Assembly: GCA_904063045.1 (NCBI GenBank)
Contig: CAJFCJ010000003.1
Span: 2,962,504-3,026,503 of the forward strand
Source: Dimorphilus gyrociliatus
Lineage: Eukaryota; Animalia; Annelida
Reading direction: 5' to 3'
DNA: 64,000 nucleotides
Every line of letters begins with the position of its first letter. Position 1 is the first letter of the stretch. The translations under genes and the position numbers were made by a program. Below are positions 1-14,100 of the stretch, one piece after another. A model generated the notes under the pieces. That model had not been told where the DNA came from, did no database searches, and saw only the letters and a program-made list of their open reading frames with translations.

Positions 1-189
1 TAACTGCAGTAATTATTGAACATGTATCGAACAATTTTCAGTTTAGTATAAACAAACAGTGCACTATTAACAGTCAAAGGGAACTATATTATATTCTAAT
101 TTGAATGAGATATAAAAATTACTGAGCATTTTTTTTAGAGGACTCTTCCCTTTTTATGTATTGTATATGTATTGTATACATAATTTCTT

Positions 190-1298
190 CTATTGATTTT
201 TCGTAATGAACTCGTCCAATCTCTTTAAAAAGTCACTAACTTTTTTATCTAAAATCTCCCGATCACCAAAACATGAAGCAGATCTGTATTGTTTCATTTT
301 CAAGCTATCTTCCGAATATAATTTGATACCTTTTTTCCTTCTTATCAGAGATAAATCAGTTACAGTTCTAGCTGGTTCAATCCAGGCCACACTCTTATTT
401 CTAAATAAATTAACTCTACCATCTCTGTAGGATGACAATTGGTCTCTTTGGCAAACGGATGCTGTATGAGGTCGTCGAAAGTGATATCTAAGTCCAATGC
501 TTTGACGGCTATAGCAGTAGTGATCGAAAATAGCTTTAACCTGCTTTTCGTGCCCGCTCTGAAAAGTAAAAAGAGAGTTTTTTAAAAGAAAAAACTGTAC
601 ATTAATTAAACATCTAAAAGATAAGTTGAGTGTTTCTGTATATAGATTTTAATTTTAAGTGGGTATTATTATAATAAACATATTTGACAAAATCTTCTTC
701 AGACAGGGTTGTCAAACTATTAAAAGCCAAATATAAATAAGAAAAAAGTCAAATACACGTGTTTGAAGGATTTTACGTTAACTAGAAAATAAAAAAGAAT
801 AGCATTTTATTCTTATATATTAATTTCAACTTGTTCAAATTTCACTGATTTTCTTCTCGACTCTTTCTAAGATACTTTAAAAGTTCTAAACATTTGGATT
901 AAAAAATACTGTAAAAGCCTTAATGATTATATAAAACCTGCTTTTCAACTTGTTGTAATACTTTTGTTCATTAACTGTTAAAAAATATTTTATGCGTTAT
1001 TTAACATCAATAGCGATTGTTAAATATCTATTGAATAAAATAGGTTTAGCATTAAATTTAAGAAGATTTCTTCAGCTTTTTTCTAAGAAATGAAATTTTT
1101 AAGGTTAAAAAAAAAATAGTTAACTTTTCTTTAATATGCAAATTAGTTAATTAGTTAATTATTTCTTTAGAATAAATTAAGAAAATAAATTGTTACTTTA
1201 TAACGAATTCTAGTTTTTTCAATATTCTCCAGAGTATTATTTAGTAATCTATCTTCCAGGATATTCCGTCTTTTAGCGTAAAAATCGGACGTTGTCAT
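190..1298 (-). CDS. Uncharacterised multi-exon gene; terminal exon 558-190 well supported, candidate first exon 1298-~1197, internal exons unresolved
   Basis: A strong minus-strand acceptor (TTTTTACTTTTCAG, AG at 560-559) opens a stop-free 122-codon exon, SGHEKQVKAIFDHYCYSRQ...KRLDEFITKNQ*. An ATG at 1298 gives MTTSDFYAKRRNILEDRLLNNTLENIEKTRI(RYK), which looks coiled-coil, followed by GT donors. I could not join the intervening small exons uniquely and recognised no domain. Confidence 0.5.
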
Positions 1299-2203
1299 AC
1301 TTTTTGAAGTGATAAATAAATAATCAAAAATCAAATTATACAATTTTTCATAAGAGATTATCGTTTAGCTGCTAAACGAACGGTTGAAAGTTGCCGACTG
1401 AACTAACATTATGTCGACGATTTGTTATTTCTTTGTTTGTGTTGGCAAAACAAGTCGGAAAGGCGTTCAATAAATATAAAAGTATACGGAATTACGAACT
1501 AAATATTACATATATTCATATATCTATATATACTTGATGTATACGTATGTATAAGTAATTACGACATATGGTATAAAAGTACTAAATTTCCTTATCTTTA
1601 GAAAAATAGGCGTATAAGATAATTAATTATCCACAAAAAAAATACTATGATTTAGCATGATTGCCTTAGGTTACTTAATTTACTAAAGTAATTTTGTGAT
1701 ATAGTTTACTTACCAGTAGTATTTGTCTATATTACCTATTCAAGTATTTTTTTTGAACTTTTTCACTTCCTTCCCCTCCTTTCTTTTTATGCTTGAAGCA
1801 GATATCTTTGAAAATATCATTCTAGAAAGAATAATATACATAAATAGCTTTACCAATAGAGTCTATTCTACAACTATAAAAGATAATATAAGAAATAAGG
1901 AATTATTGTTTCTTTTACTTTTCTGTTCTTACATTACAAAGTTGATTTTTATTCGAATAAACGAATAAAAATAATCTTTTTTATGTTTTTCTTTCATTCT
2001 CTTTGTTTTTATTGTGCAATACACTGCGAAAATTGATCATTATGTTCTTTTCTATCATTAGAATTGAATATTCAATTGATAAACCAATTGCTCAATTTTT
2101 CTGCTGGAAATAAATTTTGTCATACAGCTCCATCTGTAGGCTAATGAAGAAATAATAAAAAAGACCAATAAGCGAAATATATAAGTGTGCCATAGAGGGA
2201 TTA

Positions 2204-2206
<3 letters not shown>

Positions 2207-2242
<36 letters not shown>
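2207..2242. repeat. (TA)n microsatellite
   Basis: Perfect TA run. Comparable runs occur at e.g. 18360-18385, 27360-27420, 31178-31213 and 54518-54541. Confidence 0.95.
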
Positions 2243-2246
<4 letters not shown>

Positions 2247-3641
2247 TATATGTATGTACAGTATATATTATATATAAAATATCGTATACTGTGGTTATAA
2301 AATATATTATGGGACTGGGAACAAGTAATTTCATTACGAGGAGGATATTTTATCCTTTAATGGTGGTGAGAGAGTATAAGCCTTTTTTTTTAATTAATTT
2401 TTCGTCCATTAACCAAGCGAGAAACTTCTTTAAAGTTGCTCTATTTTTTTGTAGAATGTAAGGCTATCCTAAATAAATTTATTAATTTAAAGATAGGAGC
2501 CTCTTGTGTAACATTTTTTTAAAACATACAGATATCCTAGAAGAGGAATATATTGAATTTTATTTATTTTGTCTTATTTACCAACTGTGGCTCTATTTTT
2601 TGTATCATTTTTATTAACGTATTATAAGATGTATTAAGACTTGGTTCTATCTTACTTTAATATATTGATTCTTAATGAATAATATATAAACTATTTATAT
2701 AAAGTATATTTATAAATTATAGTTGTATACATCAGAATATTCTACGCCTATTTAAACACTCTTTATATATATATACTTTTCTCTTTCTAATAGAATCCTT
2801 ACATATTTTCTTAATAACTTTTAAAAGGTTAAATAAGCAGATTTAATTATTTTTTCTATAACTAGACAAAAATGAATGCAGGTAAGTATATTGTACTATT
2901 ATTAATAGTACACATTACACACACTATCTATACTGCATACATATAGTTTGTTTATAACAAAGTCAGAACTAATAGGAATTTATTCAGCTTTTTAATTACG
3001 TGTGAAAATTTGGAATTCAAATATTCAACTCTGTTTATTTTTTTTTTTGCACTTTTTCGCTTTCTCTTCAGCGAGAATTCCTCTTTTTTGGTATATTTTA
3101 ATGTCAAAGTAACAGCAGCAGAGAATAATGAATGGTTGTGGAAAGAGAATGGGAGAATATAGAACTAAAGATAAAAAATAAAATGGGATAAATGAAAAGA
3201 TTATACAGCGGCGAAAAATAAGAATTATTGTAATGTCAAGTTGTTGACTTTGGTGGACGATAACTTGTAGTATTTGATCAATTCATTTATAATATAAGAA
3301 ATCAATAAACTATTGGTAATAGGAGTAAATTAATAGAAATAGGAAACACTTCTCAATGAAAAGAATGTTTTAGAAGGACATATGTTTACAATTAATATAC
3401 ATTTATCAACTAGTTAATTATAAATGTTGAATGAAGTATTTTTCCTCCCGAATACACATTTACATAGAACAATAAAGGGACTTTTGGTAGAACAACAAAA
3501 GCAACCATATTCTAGGCCCAATAATCGATTGGATTTCTATAGTTAATACAAAAAAGATTTCGAATGTAGTTAAGGCACGAATGCGATCGATTACACCGAA
3601 AAAAATGCTAAACATTTGATTATAAGTTAAAAAAAATTGAA

Positions 3642-4091
3642 ATGGGAACTGAAAAAAAGAAAGTCTGGGATAAGAATGGCATTGAAGACGTCATTAGAGA
3701 CGTTCTTGACGCTTATCTCAATAGTATGAAGTATGACGGACCTAGATGTTGTAAACTAACAGGTTAGTAAGGGAAGTATAATGTAGTTATCTTTACAAAC
3801 AAACTAGCGTTTATGGGTAATATTTGATTATAAACTTTTACTTTTATTTATTTATCTTTATTTATCAAAGGAGAAATATGCTTGATGATCAAAAATCGTA
3901 TTCAACAAACTGGCAGTGTAGATATGAATAAGAAATTAGTTGTTCAAGTATTAATTGGTCAGGAATCTAGCGATGTCATAAAATTTTCCAGTCGCTGTTT
4001 TTGGGATCGTCATTTGGATCATGTTGCTTCGGCCACCTACAGGAATAAGCACTTGTATGGATTTGCTATAGTTTACAGTTGCAGTTACTAG
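3642..4091 (+). CDS. Tctex1-domain protein (dynein light chain Tctex-type), 2 exons, 113 aa
   Basis: Exons 3642-3762 and 3871-4091, GT-AG, frame-consistent. The translation MGTEKKKVWDKNGIEDVIRDVLDAYLNSMKYDGPRCCKLTGEICLMIKNRIQ...KKLVVQVLIGQESSDVIKFSSRCFWDRHLDHVASATYRNKHLYGFAIVYSCSY matches the Tctex-1 pattern (K-x-V-V-Q-V-x-I-G...SRC-x-WD...D-x2-AS-x2-Y-x-N). Confidence 0.85.
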
Positions 4092-4753
4092 CTCAGGTTT
4101 AAATAAATCTAAAATGTTTACTCTAGTTTTTCTAAAGAAACATTCACTATTTAACCAATAAATTCCCGGAAATTATCACTTTTTGTTATTTTTAATCTTA
4201 GAATAGCTTAAATAATAGCTATAATCTACAATATTACATCATGCGCTAAACAGAAAAAGCATAGTTTATTTTTGATCATCCGAAAATAAACATTTGACCT
4301 ACATCCATTTAGGAGTCTGAGAGTACGCGATGGTGCGCTAACCTAAATATTCATATTCTACTGAGAAATGAGGTTTTTTTAAAGAAATTTTGACAGATAA
4401 GAATAAGTTAGATTTACGAAGTAAATCTATATTCTTAAACAAACGATAGAAAAGCTAAATTAAAAAAATGATGATCTTAGATAAGATAAATCCGTTCTTG
4501 AGTACAGCCGTGTAAGATCAAACTCGTACGCAAGTTTGTATACGAATCTACTAATATAAGATTAACCCAGTTTTTTTGGCACAAACTACTCTAATTATTC
4601 TCAAAGATTTCCTGATTACAAATCAGAGTTTGGTAGCTTTTATTCTGCAAATAGGCCTAGACTTTCTCAGGCGTTTATTTTTACCACCTTTCAACTTTAT
4701 AAAAACATCTGTGCAGAATGTTTTGAGACCAAAATAACAGGAAACTAGCGGTG

Positions 4754-4763
4754 ATTGGCCAAT
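4754..4763. promoter_or_regulatory. Palindromic double CCAAT box (ATTGGCCAAT), candidate NF-Y site upstream of the transgelin-like gene
   Basis: ATTGGCCAAT lies about 90 bp upstream of the ATG at 4851. Motif match only. Confidence 0.4.
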
Positions 4764-4850
4764 AGGAAGAACTGCAAAATTTGCAGTTTATTTTAGAACT
4801 ATCTCCATTTACTTTTTAGCAAAAATCTCTTTGCTTTCTTGAAAAGAACG

Positions 4851-5775
4851 ATGGCTTCGAAGAAAGTAAGTTTTCATTATTATATCTCTGTTTATAAAGA
4901 TAAGGATGGCTTAGTATCCAAAGAATTTTTAAAATAATTTAAATAAAAGTTTCCCAAGAGAAGATGCTGTAGAATTATTTTTTATTGAGACAAAATAGTT
5001 CATCAGCCTTAAATTTCTAATGAAAAATGAAAGAAATTGTTAGATAAGCGCGCCCATTATGGTAACGCTTTTAAGAAATACTATACGAAAACTAAAATTT
5101 CATTCTTTATAGAATGAAGAAGAAGAACAAAAAAATGAAATTTTCGATTGGATTGAAGCTGTTATTAAGCGTTCAATTGATCGTTCACCAGGATTTCAGC
5201 CGGTATTGAAAGATGGCCTTATTCTTTGCGAGTAAGTTGATTTAAGTCATTTATTTACTAGAGAGGTAAAAGGTAACTTTTTATTTTGACTTTTAGGTTA
5301 ATGAATGTTCTGCTGCCTGGTAGCGTTAAAAGGGTGAATAAGAAAGGATCTGCTTTTCAACTTCGCGAAAATATTGCTGCTTTTCAAGGAGCTGCCAAAA
5401 AGTTTGGCATGCCTGATGATGAAATCTTTCAAACAGTGGATCTCTTTGAAAATCGTAATATAAAACAAGTTATAAAGTCTCTACAAGCTCTTGGAAGAGT
5501 AGCAACAAACAAGAAAGACTATGACGGTCCTAAATTTGGTATAAAATGAAATATATGTTTTTTTCCTTAAATACAATAAGCCAATCTTCTATACAAAAAC
5601 AATAATCAAATAAACAATTACAGGACCGAAAATGTCATCTGAGAACAAAAGAAATTTCTCTGAAGAACAAATCAGACAAGGAAGAGACGCTCAAATAGGC
5701 CTGCAAGCAGGACAAAATAAAGGAGCATCACAAGCTGGACAAAACATGGGAAAACAAAGAATGATAGCGGACTAG
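4851..5775 (+). CDS. Transgelin / muscle protein 20 (myophilin)-like calponin-family protein, 4 exons, 175 aa
   Basis: Exons 4851-4865, 5113-5231, 5297-5538, 5624-5775, all GT-AG and in frame. It has a CH domain (WIEAVI...LKDGLILCELMNVLLPGSV...RENIAAF...FQTVDLFE) and one C-terminal calponin repeat (IGLQAGQNKGASQAGQNMGKQRMI). Confidence 0.93.
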
Positions 5776-6751
5776 TCTTGAGAGCTTATAAAAGATAACG
5801 AGATTATAATAGATAATTGATGAAAAAAATTGATAAAATTCTCATAGTTGATGGATTAGTTAGTGATTTCTACTGTAGTATGATAATAAAATAAAACTAT
5901 GAATGATTTGATTAAAGATCTATTTATACATAGAATGTAAAAAAATGCTTACATTACGCAATATACACTCAAATATCTACATGGTAGCAACACTGCTATT
6001 TGTAATATAGTACTCTTTTTCTGAATAGTAAAATTTTATTATTACTGTTAGACCAAAAGAGCAAACAATTGAATGATGAGTAAATGCTATATTTACTTTG
6101 TATTGATATTGAACGTATATGCTTAATCTTTACTGGAATATAGTATTGTTCCGGAAATGGACAATGAAGAGTTTCTTCTTAGCGATAAAAGTCAAAAAGA
6201 CCCCTTTACGGTAAGAAAATCAGTAAATAAACCCACGTCTACGTATCTATACTGTGTATAGTATAAATTTCTGCATATAAACATACTGTATGCAGTATGT
6301 ATCCGTATATATAAACCCCATACACTATTTATATATTTTGTTATATATATATAGATTTGATATAGAGTATAGAATATAGTATATACTTCTGCTAGTAACC
6401 AATACCTGTAATATACTGTGTATGCAGTGTTTGTATATTAAAAATGACGAATACTTTTATCTAGCTATTAGGCCTAAAATGTTACAAAAGAAAATATTAG
6501 GAAAGAAACCTCCAACAAATGGTATAGTATTGTAGTGTTTTACACATTAATATACAGTTTATATAATTCTAGAGGGGGAAGATGGCGCGAGAATCGCAGC
6601 CAAACAGGTCGATAGCACGGAATAGCAGCAGAGAATCGTATTAGGCCTACTTTTATTGTGCTCTTACCTATACCAGCGCTTTTCTGTGTGCTTTTTTGGA
6701 CAGAATAAACGCCGATTTCGACTACTAGATAAATTATAAGACTGGATAAGG

Positions 6752-9700
6752 ATGACAGAGTTAGAGGACGTATCATACGAACGGGTAGATATCACGTACA
6801 GTATATGGGATGCGAATATATTTAGCTCAGTACAACACTACCAGGCTAAACAAAAAATTTTTTTAGAAAACCGTCATTTTATTAAAATAAATAACAACTC
6901 TTTGTCGTTTATACTAAAATTTTCTAAAAATAGCATAATATTTATTCATAATTATCTAAAATACCTGTTTATTATAGGTTAAAATGTGTATAACCAAAGA
7001 CGCCCAGTTTTACCCCGGTATCGTTCATCGATTAATGTTAATATATCGTACTAGATTCGTATTTTATAAATAACATAAGTGAGAAATATTTTATTGTTTG
7101 CTGATTTATTCTTTTGTTAAGCGATCAATATATATGTATATATATATTTATTTATTTATGTATATATAAAACATTAATTCTTTTACAAACAAAACTATTA
7201 TGTCTTTGATTATGAGCAGATTTTCTAATTTTTCGTTTGCTCTGATCTCTTTTCTTATGAAATTCTGATGATTTTAAATATCAAAAATTGTTTTTGTTTT
7301 CTAAACGTAATGGCATGTTCTTCTCTCTAATTCAATTATCTTCTCATAACCAGGACAGTTCAATGTTCTTCAGAAGCGAACACAAGAGAATCGATTATAT
7401 TATAGTTTATCAAGATTATCCAAAATCGGAAGAAGATTATAATATAAGGACAAAGCAAAGGAAAGAATTTGAGAAGAACCTTATTTCGAAAGGATTAGAA
7501 TTAGAGTATGACCCTGAACCAGTTTGTATTATAGAGTATAATATTATGTTTAAGTAATACTATTAAACGTTTCCCTCAACAGGACTCTGAGGTATGTGCA
7601 AATATTCACTTTCTCCCGACAGATTTTTACAGTTTTCAAATACAGTATAAACACATTGTTTACATATTTACAAAGACTTAAATGTCCTGTGTTTGGCTCA
7701 ATCTTATTATTTTATTTTTTATAAAGGATTACAACAGACGAAAGTATAAATATATAAAGATCCATGCATCGTGGAAATGCTTATTGGAAGGAGCGGAGAA
7801 GCTCGCATTACAAAAAAGGCTAAAGCATAGCTCTAATAGAATAGATGAAGCGTTAAATACAAATTGTTTGAGTTGTTCATGCCGAAATTTTACTGGCTTT
7901 CCACCACTTCCAGAAGATATAGAGTGTGAACCAAATTATTTTACAGCTCCCTTTGACAATGATGACATAGAACAGTTTGTATTTAATTATTTCTATTTTC
8001 ACATATCTCCTTGCCAACCCTCCTTTCTCATTTTTTTCTCTACTTTTTTCATGCATAGATTTGACATTGAATTAGAAAATCAAGATGAGTTTTTTACAAA
8101 TGCCGAAAGGAGTTTAATAGTTGATAGTGTTCTTGCTGAGACAGCATTTCCAGATTATGATGATGATGATGAGGAAAGCACAGGAAATCGTATGACATTT
8201 GGTATTATTGAAAATTCAAATAATTAAATAATTATTTGATAAATTATGATTATCTCCTTAATAGGCATTGATAAATTAGTAAAATTAGACATTTATCGTT
8301 CTTGCTATCCACTTCATGAAAGCTTAAAGAGAGCTGAGTCGGATGATGAAGACAGGAGAAACTTACGACTTTATTGGGCTAATTGGAAGAGGATTTTCAC
8401 TTTTCAACCACTAGATCTGGTGAGAAAGTATTTTGGAGAGAAAATATCAATTTATTTTTGCTGGCTTGGATTTTATACTGGGATGCTTATTCCAGTTGCC
8501 ATTATTGGTTTTGTATGCTTCATTTATGGTGTTGCTTCATTCTTTAGACAAGAACCAGTGTAAGAAAAAATGAATTATATAAATATTTATATAAAGGCTT
8601 TTATCATATAAATATATATAGTATATACTGTATATACTATATATCATATATACCGTTTGATATACTATTATATACAGTATATATATATATATATATATAA
8701 ATGTATATAGTATCTAGTACTCCCATATTTCTCTCTATCTATTTTTAATTATATTTATAACTATTTAACAGTAAAGATATTTGCGAAGAAGATAGATTGG
8801 GTAACCTTATATTGTGTCCAAAATGCGATAGAGGATGCACATTTACAAGGCTAAAGAATAGCTGCTTAAACTCAAGATTGTCGTACATTTTTGACAATAA
8901 TTCTACTTTGGCGTTTGCCCTAATTATGTCAATTTGGGGTTAGTATATATGGCTTTTTCTTTATTTAGACAAAGAGTGAGAAGAAATTCTCATTTTACCG
9001 TACATTTTAATTATCTACTTCAGCTACTGTTTTCTTGGAATTCTGGAAAAGAGCTGAAAAGAGAGTACAGTATGATTGGGATGTTTCACATTACGAAGAA
9101 GAAGAGGTAATGGAATAGTTTTGAAAAACTAAATTCTAATGATACCTAATATACTTTTTCGCACTTTCAGAAAATGAGACCGGAATATGAATTGAATAAT
9201 CAGAAAAGGGAAAATCCTATAACAAAAAAAATGGAAGCCTTTATACCTTGGACCATCAAAGGTCCACGAAAATGCCTTTCTCTGTCTGTGGTTCTATTTA
9301 TGGTTAATTACTCTTAGAAAAAATAACATGATTTGTATATTAAAGTAAACTTTGCTTTTTCATTTTATAAATAGATCACTTTAGTATTGGCTACTATATT
9401 TGGAGTTATCGTTTATAGAATAATTTTTGTTGCTGTCTTGTACTCACTTCCCCACAATCTAATTAAGGAAAGGGCTAGCATTATAACAACAATTACAGCT
9501 GCTTTAATCAACTTAATAGCTATTCAATTACTAAGTTTTGTGAGTTGTTTTATTTCCTTTAGATCATATAAAAACATATTTAAAGGCATGTTTTATGAAA
9601 ACATATCGTTTTTTTAAATCTAGATATATAGAAAATTGGCAAAGTATTTGACAGATATAGGTAATATGATTTATATTGATAATATAGAATTTCATAAACA

Positions 9701-11179
9701 TAACATATTTATCCATCAACAGAGGCACCAAAAACGAATACCCAATATGACAACAGTTTTACGCTAAAGATGTTTCTCTTCCAGTTCATTAACTACTACG
9801 GTTCTATTTTCTACATCGCATTCTTCAAAGGACGATTTGCTGGCAAACCAGGAGATAAGGAGGGTTACTTTCTGGGCAAATGGAGACAAGACGAATGCGA
9901 TCCAGCTGGTTGCTTTGTAGATTTGTTTATTCAATTAGCTATAATAATGGGAGGAAAACAAATTTTTAATAATGTAAAAGAACTTGCCATACCGTAAATA
10001 TATTAAATTATATAATAATCTAATGTTAAACTTAATTGTTCTTTTCATTAGTCTCGTTCGCAAATATCTCAGGCTTAAGATTGGTAAGACGGAGCACAAA
10101 CCAGCAGAAAATGCAAGATGGGAAATTGATCGTCCTTTGCTTGATCCACCAGATAATATGTTTGATGAATACTTAGAAATGGGTAATTAAAGATATGATA
10201 ATGGAATTTTAATTAAATAATTATAACATTCTATTTTTACTTATTATTTCTTTTCATTTTCCCTCCTTACTATACTCGAAACAACAAATATTTAGTCATT
10301 CAATTTGGTTTTGTCACAATATTCGTGTCAGCGTTTCCACTAGCTCCACTCTTTGCACTTATTAATAATCTTTTTGAAATTCGATTGGACGCCATCAAAT
10401 TTGTTTGCATTTGGAAAAGACCAGTAGCTCATAAGTCACAAAGTATTGGTGCCTGGTATGGTATTCTAAAAAGCCTTACATTTATTGCTGTTCTATCAAA
10501 TGTAAAGTTTAAAGTTTACTTTTACCTAAACTATAAAACAATCGATATATTAGTATTTATTCTATTATTAACAGGCTTTTATCATTGCCTTTACAACTGA
10601 CTTTATTCCAAGAACTGTTTACATTTATTCCAATAGTAATTTAACTGGTTACGTTGACAATAAATTGGCTTATTTTAACGTTTCTGACTTTATCCGAAAC
10701 GAAACTGGACCAGATGCATCTCGTTGGAAGATTGATAGTGAAGATAATACGGCTAATATAACCTTTTGTAGGTATTCAAGCTATTACGGATATGATGCTA
10801 CAAAGACAATGGGAAATGATCGTTACTTCAAGACGTCTTTGTACTGGAGGATTTTATTAGCAAGAGTATGCATGGTAATAGTTTTCGAGGTAGGTATTTA
10901 ATAGGAAAAACTGTTGATTAATTGAAATAGAATAACAAATGATTTATGCAGCATACAGTCTTTCTTCTTACCTGGTTAATATCAGTACTAATACCGGATG
11001 TTCCTGGTGATATTCGCCTACTCAAACAATACGAAAAAGAGATACGAAAAGAAATTATACATGCTCGATTAGAGCATAAGCATAGTGGCTGCGGAATGGG
11101 ACAAGAAAGTAATAAATGTGAAAATACATCAGTCGAGTATAGAAATAAAGCATTTAATGCCAAAGAAGCAAATGCCTAA
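6752..11179 (+). CDS. Anoctamin (TMEM16) Ca2+-activated chloride channel/scramblase, 15 exons, ~873 aa
   Basis: Exons 6752-6784, 7354-7521, 7727-7974, 8059-8201, 8265-8559, 8772-8938, 9024-9106, 9171-9302, 9375-9539, 9624-9660, 9723-9993, 10052-10182, 10296-10501, 10575-10889, 10952-11179. All are GT-AG and phase-consistent. Family motifs: RIDYIIVY, YPLH, QPLDLVRKYFGEKISIYFCWLGFYT, FLEFWKR, KMFLFQFINYY, and the Ca2+-site segments QIFNNVKE, DEYLEM and NNLFEIRLDA. Exon 1 is the least certain. Confidence 0.95.
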
Positions 11180-14100
11180 TGTTTCTATGTTTAACGTTTG
11201 CATTATATATATATATATAGTATATACGGTATATATATATATATATAAATTAGCGTTGTAATATTTTTGTTTTCTTTTATATATTTGTGTTTATTTGTTA
11301 GTTTGCATTACATCTACGATAGTATGCTATTGTTTTATTTGCTTGCTTCATGCTCGTGTTTGTCTGTATAAGAACTATAGCATTATCGAATATGAAAAAA
11401 TTTTGTTTATACTTTTGTTTTTAATTAATTCCCTTAAAAAAAGAAAAACATATTAGTGGAAAATGAAAAAAAATAGGTAGAAAAATGAAACCACAGGCTT
11501 TCGATGGTAATTATTATAATGTTAATTAAGAACAATCAACTACTTAAATAGCCTTATCAAACTAAAAATTAATCTTAAATACTCTTCTTTGCTATTAAAT
11601 ATACTCTGGATATTATGTTTGCCATTTTTTATATGGACTGTATCAGATCTTTGCGTTTTAATCTCGAATATATATTTATAGTGAGTGTAAAGTAAATATA
11701 AAAAATAAATTGGATTATGGATTTTGGCTTTTTTTTTAATGTTTTTTTTTTATATTTTTTTATTTTTTTTCTGGAAACTTCAGTTTTTTTTTTGTTTCTT
11801 TCTTTCTGCCTACTTAAACCAAAACGAAATAGAGGAGCGGATAAGTCATAATCTTTAGAGTTTTCAATCAATCATTACATTTTACCGAGTATTTTTTAGT
11901 GTTTGTTCTATTTTTAATAGCTCTTTTGTATATATTTTAATAAGTATTAATATAATTGTCTTTACGATATAGGTACTCAAAAGTCTTTAAAATGAAATCA
12001 CTTCTGCTCGGAATAGATATAATGTCACTTACTATATTACCTTCTATAATTACTTAGTAAAAGATTTTATTATATATTTGTATCCTGATTTGTCATCGAT
12101 TTAAAATAACGAATATAATCGGATGCAAGAGAAGAAAACAGACCCCCTTTTAGCACCAACGAGAAGCTAAAAGATGGAGAAGAAAGAGGGATAAATCAGT
12201 TTTCGCTTAACCAATCAGTGGCGCCAAATATTTTTTTAATGAGCTTTTTTGTAAGTGATGGATATGATTTTTACTAATTGTAATAACATTGATAAAAAAA
12301 ATAGTCATTAACTGGTTAATTCAAAGCAAAGTATCTTGCACAAACCAGAAACTTTCAGGCTATAAAGCGTTTTTATGGCTACTTTCCGATTTGACTTTTG
12401 ACAGAGTTCATTAAGATGCTCAATAGGAGGAAGATAGATCAAAAGAACATTGGCGATCATTAAAGCTCTCTGAAACTGGTCCATTCTTCCAGAAAAACCT
12501 TAAGTATCACTAGAATTCTCCTACACTCTATTTGTTGGCCATGTTTTTCTATCATTTCTTTACTATCTTAAGCCAAGTTTCCTTTTCTTTCCAATTTTAA
12601 AAATATGATCAAACATAGAAAAGTCTGTCAGATAAAATCCTTATATATTATATTATTATTATATTGAAATAATTTCTTTTCTATTTATCCTATTGATTTC
12701 TCTTTTATTTAATTAAATAACTTAATTAATTATTATTTTACAATTTCACTCTATAAATTGAAAGAGAGAAGGAAAAAAAACATTTCTTTAGTATTTGGAC
12801 TAAAGCACAAAATGATTTTCATTATTTTATAAATTCTAAGTAAATACTATATGAAAATAAGGAAAAAATTTCTTTTATTATGTTAAGAATATTTGATGAT
12901 GAAAAGATGAGAGCGGAAAAAGTGTCAGATTTCATCTATATACTTATTAACGAGTTAACTAGAAAAAAAAAGAACTGTGTCCAGTTAGTTATTCTCTTCA
13001 AAGAAAAGTCCCTTGGAGAATACATTTTTGATTTATCTAGTTTGATTCCAATACATTTTCTATGTTTATAATTCGCTTCGTATACTATATCATTGGTCTT
13101 CTCTCGTTTGTTGTGTTTATAATTATATATACGATTAAGTTTCTCTCTACAGCTAACCTCATAAAAGCCGAGTCAGTTAAGAACTATTTTTAGAATATAT
13201 TTTATATTCCTTTAGTTAAAAATACATAAATACATATAAATGTACATAAATATACAATATATTCTATTTTCAGGTAACTTTATATGATTATTTAATACTC
13301 ATTATAAATATTTTGCATTTTATTTATGAAATGGGCGCCATCTGTTGAAAAAATGGCGATTTTAACTAAGTAGATGAAAAGAAGTTCTTATTCAAAGAGT
13401 AGCTTCTCTTTTTCTTTTCTTTTTACGCATTAGTATTATTCGTTTTTCTTTTTTTCAGTCTTTCTAGAAACTAATCGTCGACCAACTAGAAAATATAGAA
13501 TGTTTCTTTACAAATTTCTTTGATTACGCTTCTCTATATAGCATTAAAAAACAGTTAACTGTATAATGACTTCCTTAGCATTGTTGAAAAAATATAGAAA
13601 ATAATATTTACAATATAAATATATATATATAATTTATATATATATATATAGGCCTAAAAAATTTGGAGAATCGTAAAAGCTGGGGAAAAATTATAATTTT
13701 ACGCTTCGTTTATTTGCACATATAAAGAGCTTAGGACTAAATGTTCAAAATCTCTTCTAAAGGGCCATTACACAATATGTTATAAACTGTCGGAATAATT
13801 ATATATAGTATATATATTATATAAAATACATATAATAGAAAGTACGCTTTTTTATTACCAAATAATGAAATGATTCTCTATACTTTTACTTTATATGTAG
13901 CCAAGCTAAATTATAGAATATGTCAAACTGGCAAATACAAGTTAATATTTAAGTGATTGATAAAAGTATTCATATTGTATTTTGCCATGGAATATATAGA
14001 GAACTTTGAGTAAGCATATAGAATTTAGATAGATTCTTATTTTATCTTTTGCCTTAACAAGCAAATTTTTTTGCAGTAATCAAAACTATTTGTAATTTAA

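Noticed and set aside
3571-3585. TAAGGCACG (miR-124-like); likewise TCTTTGGTTAT at 44963-44973 (miR-9-like)
   Set aside because: Only 9-11 nt match and neither has a flanking hairpin.
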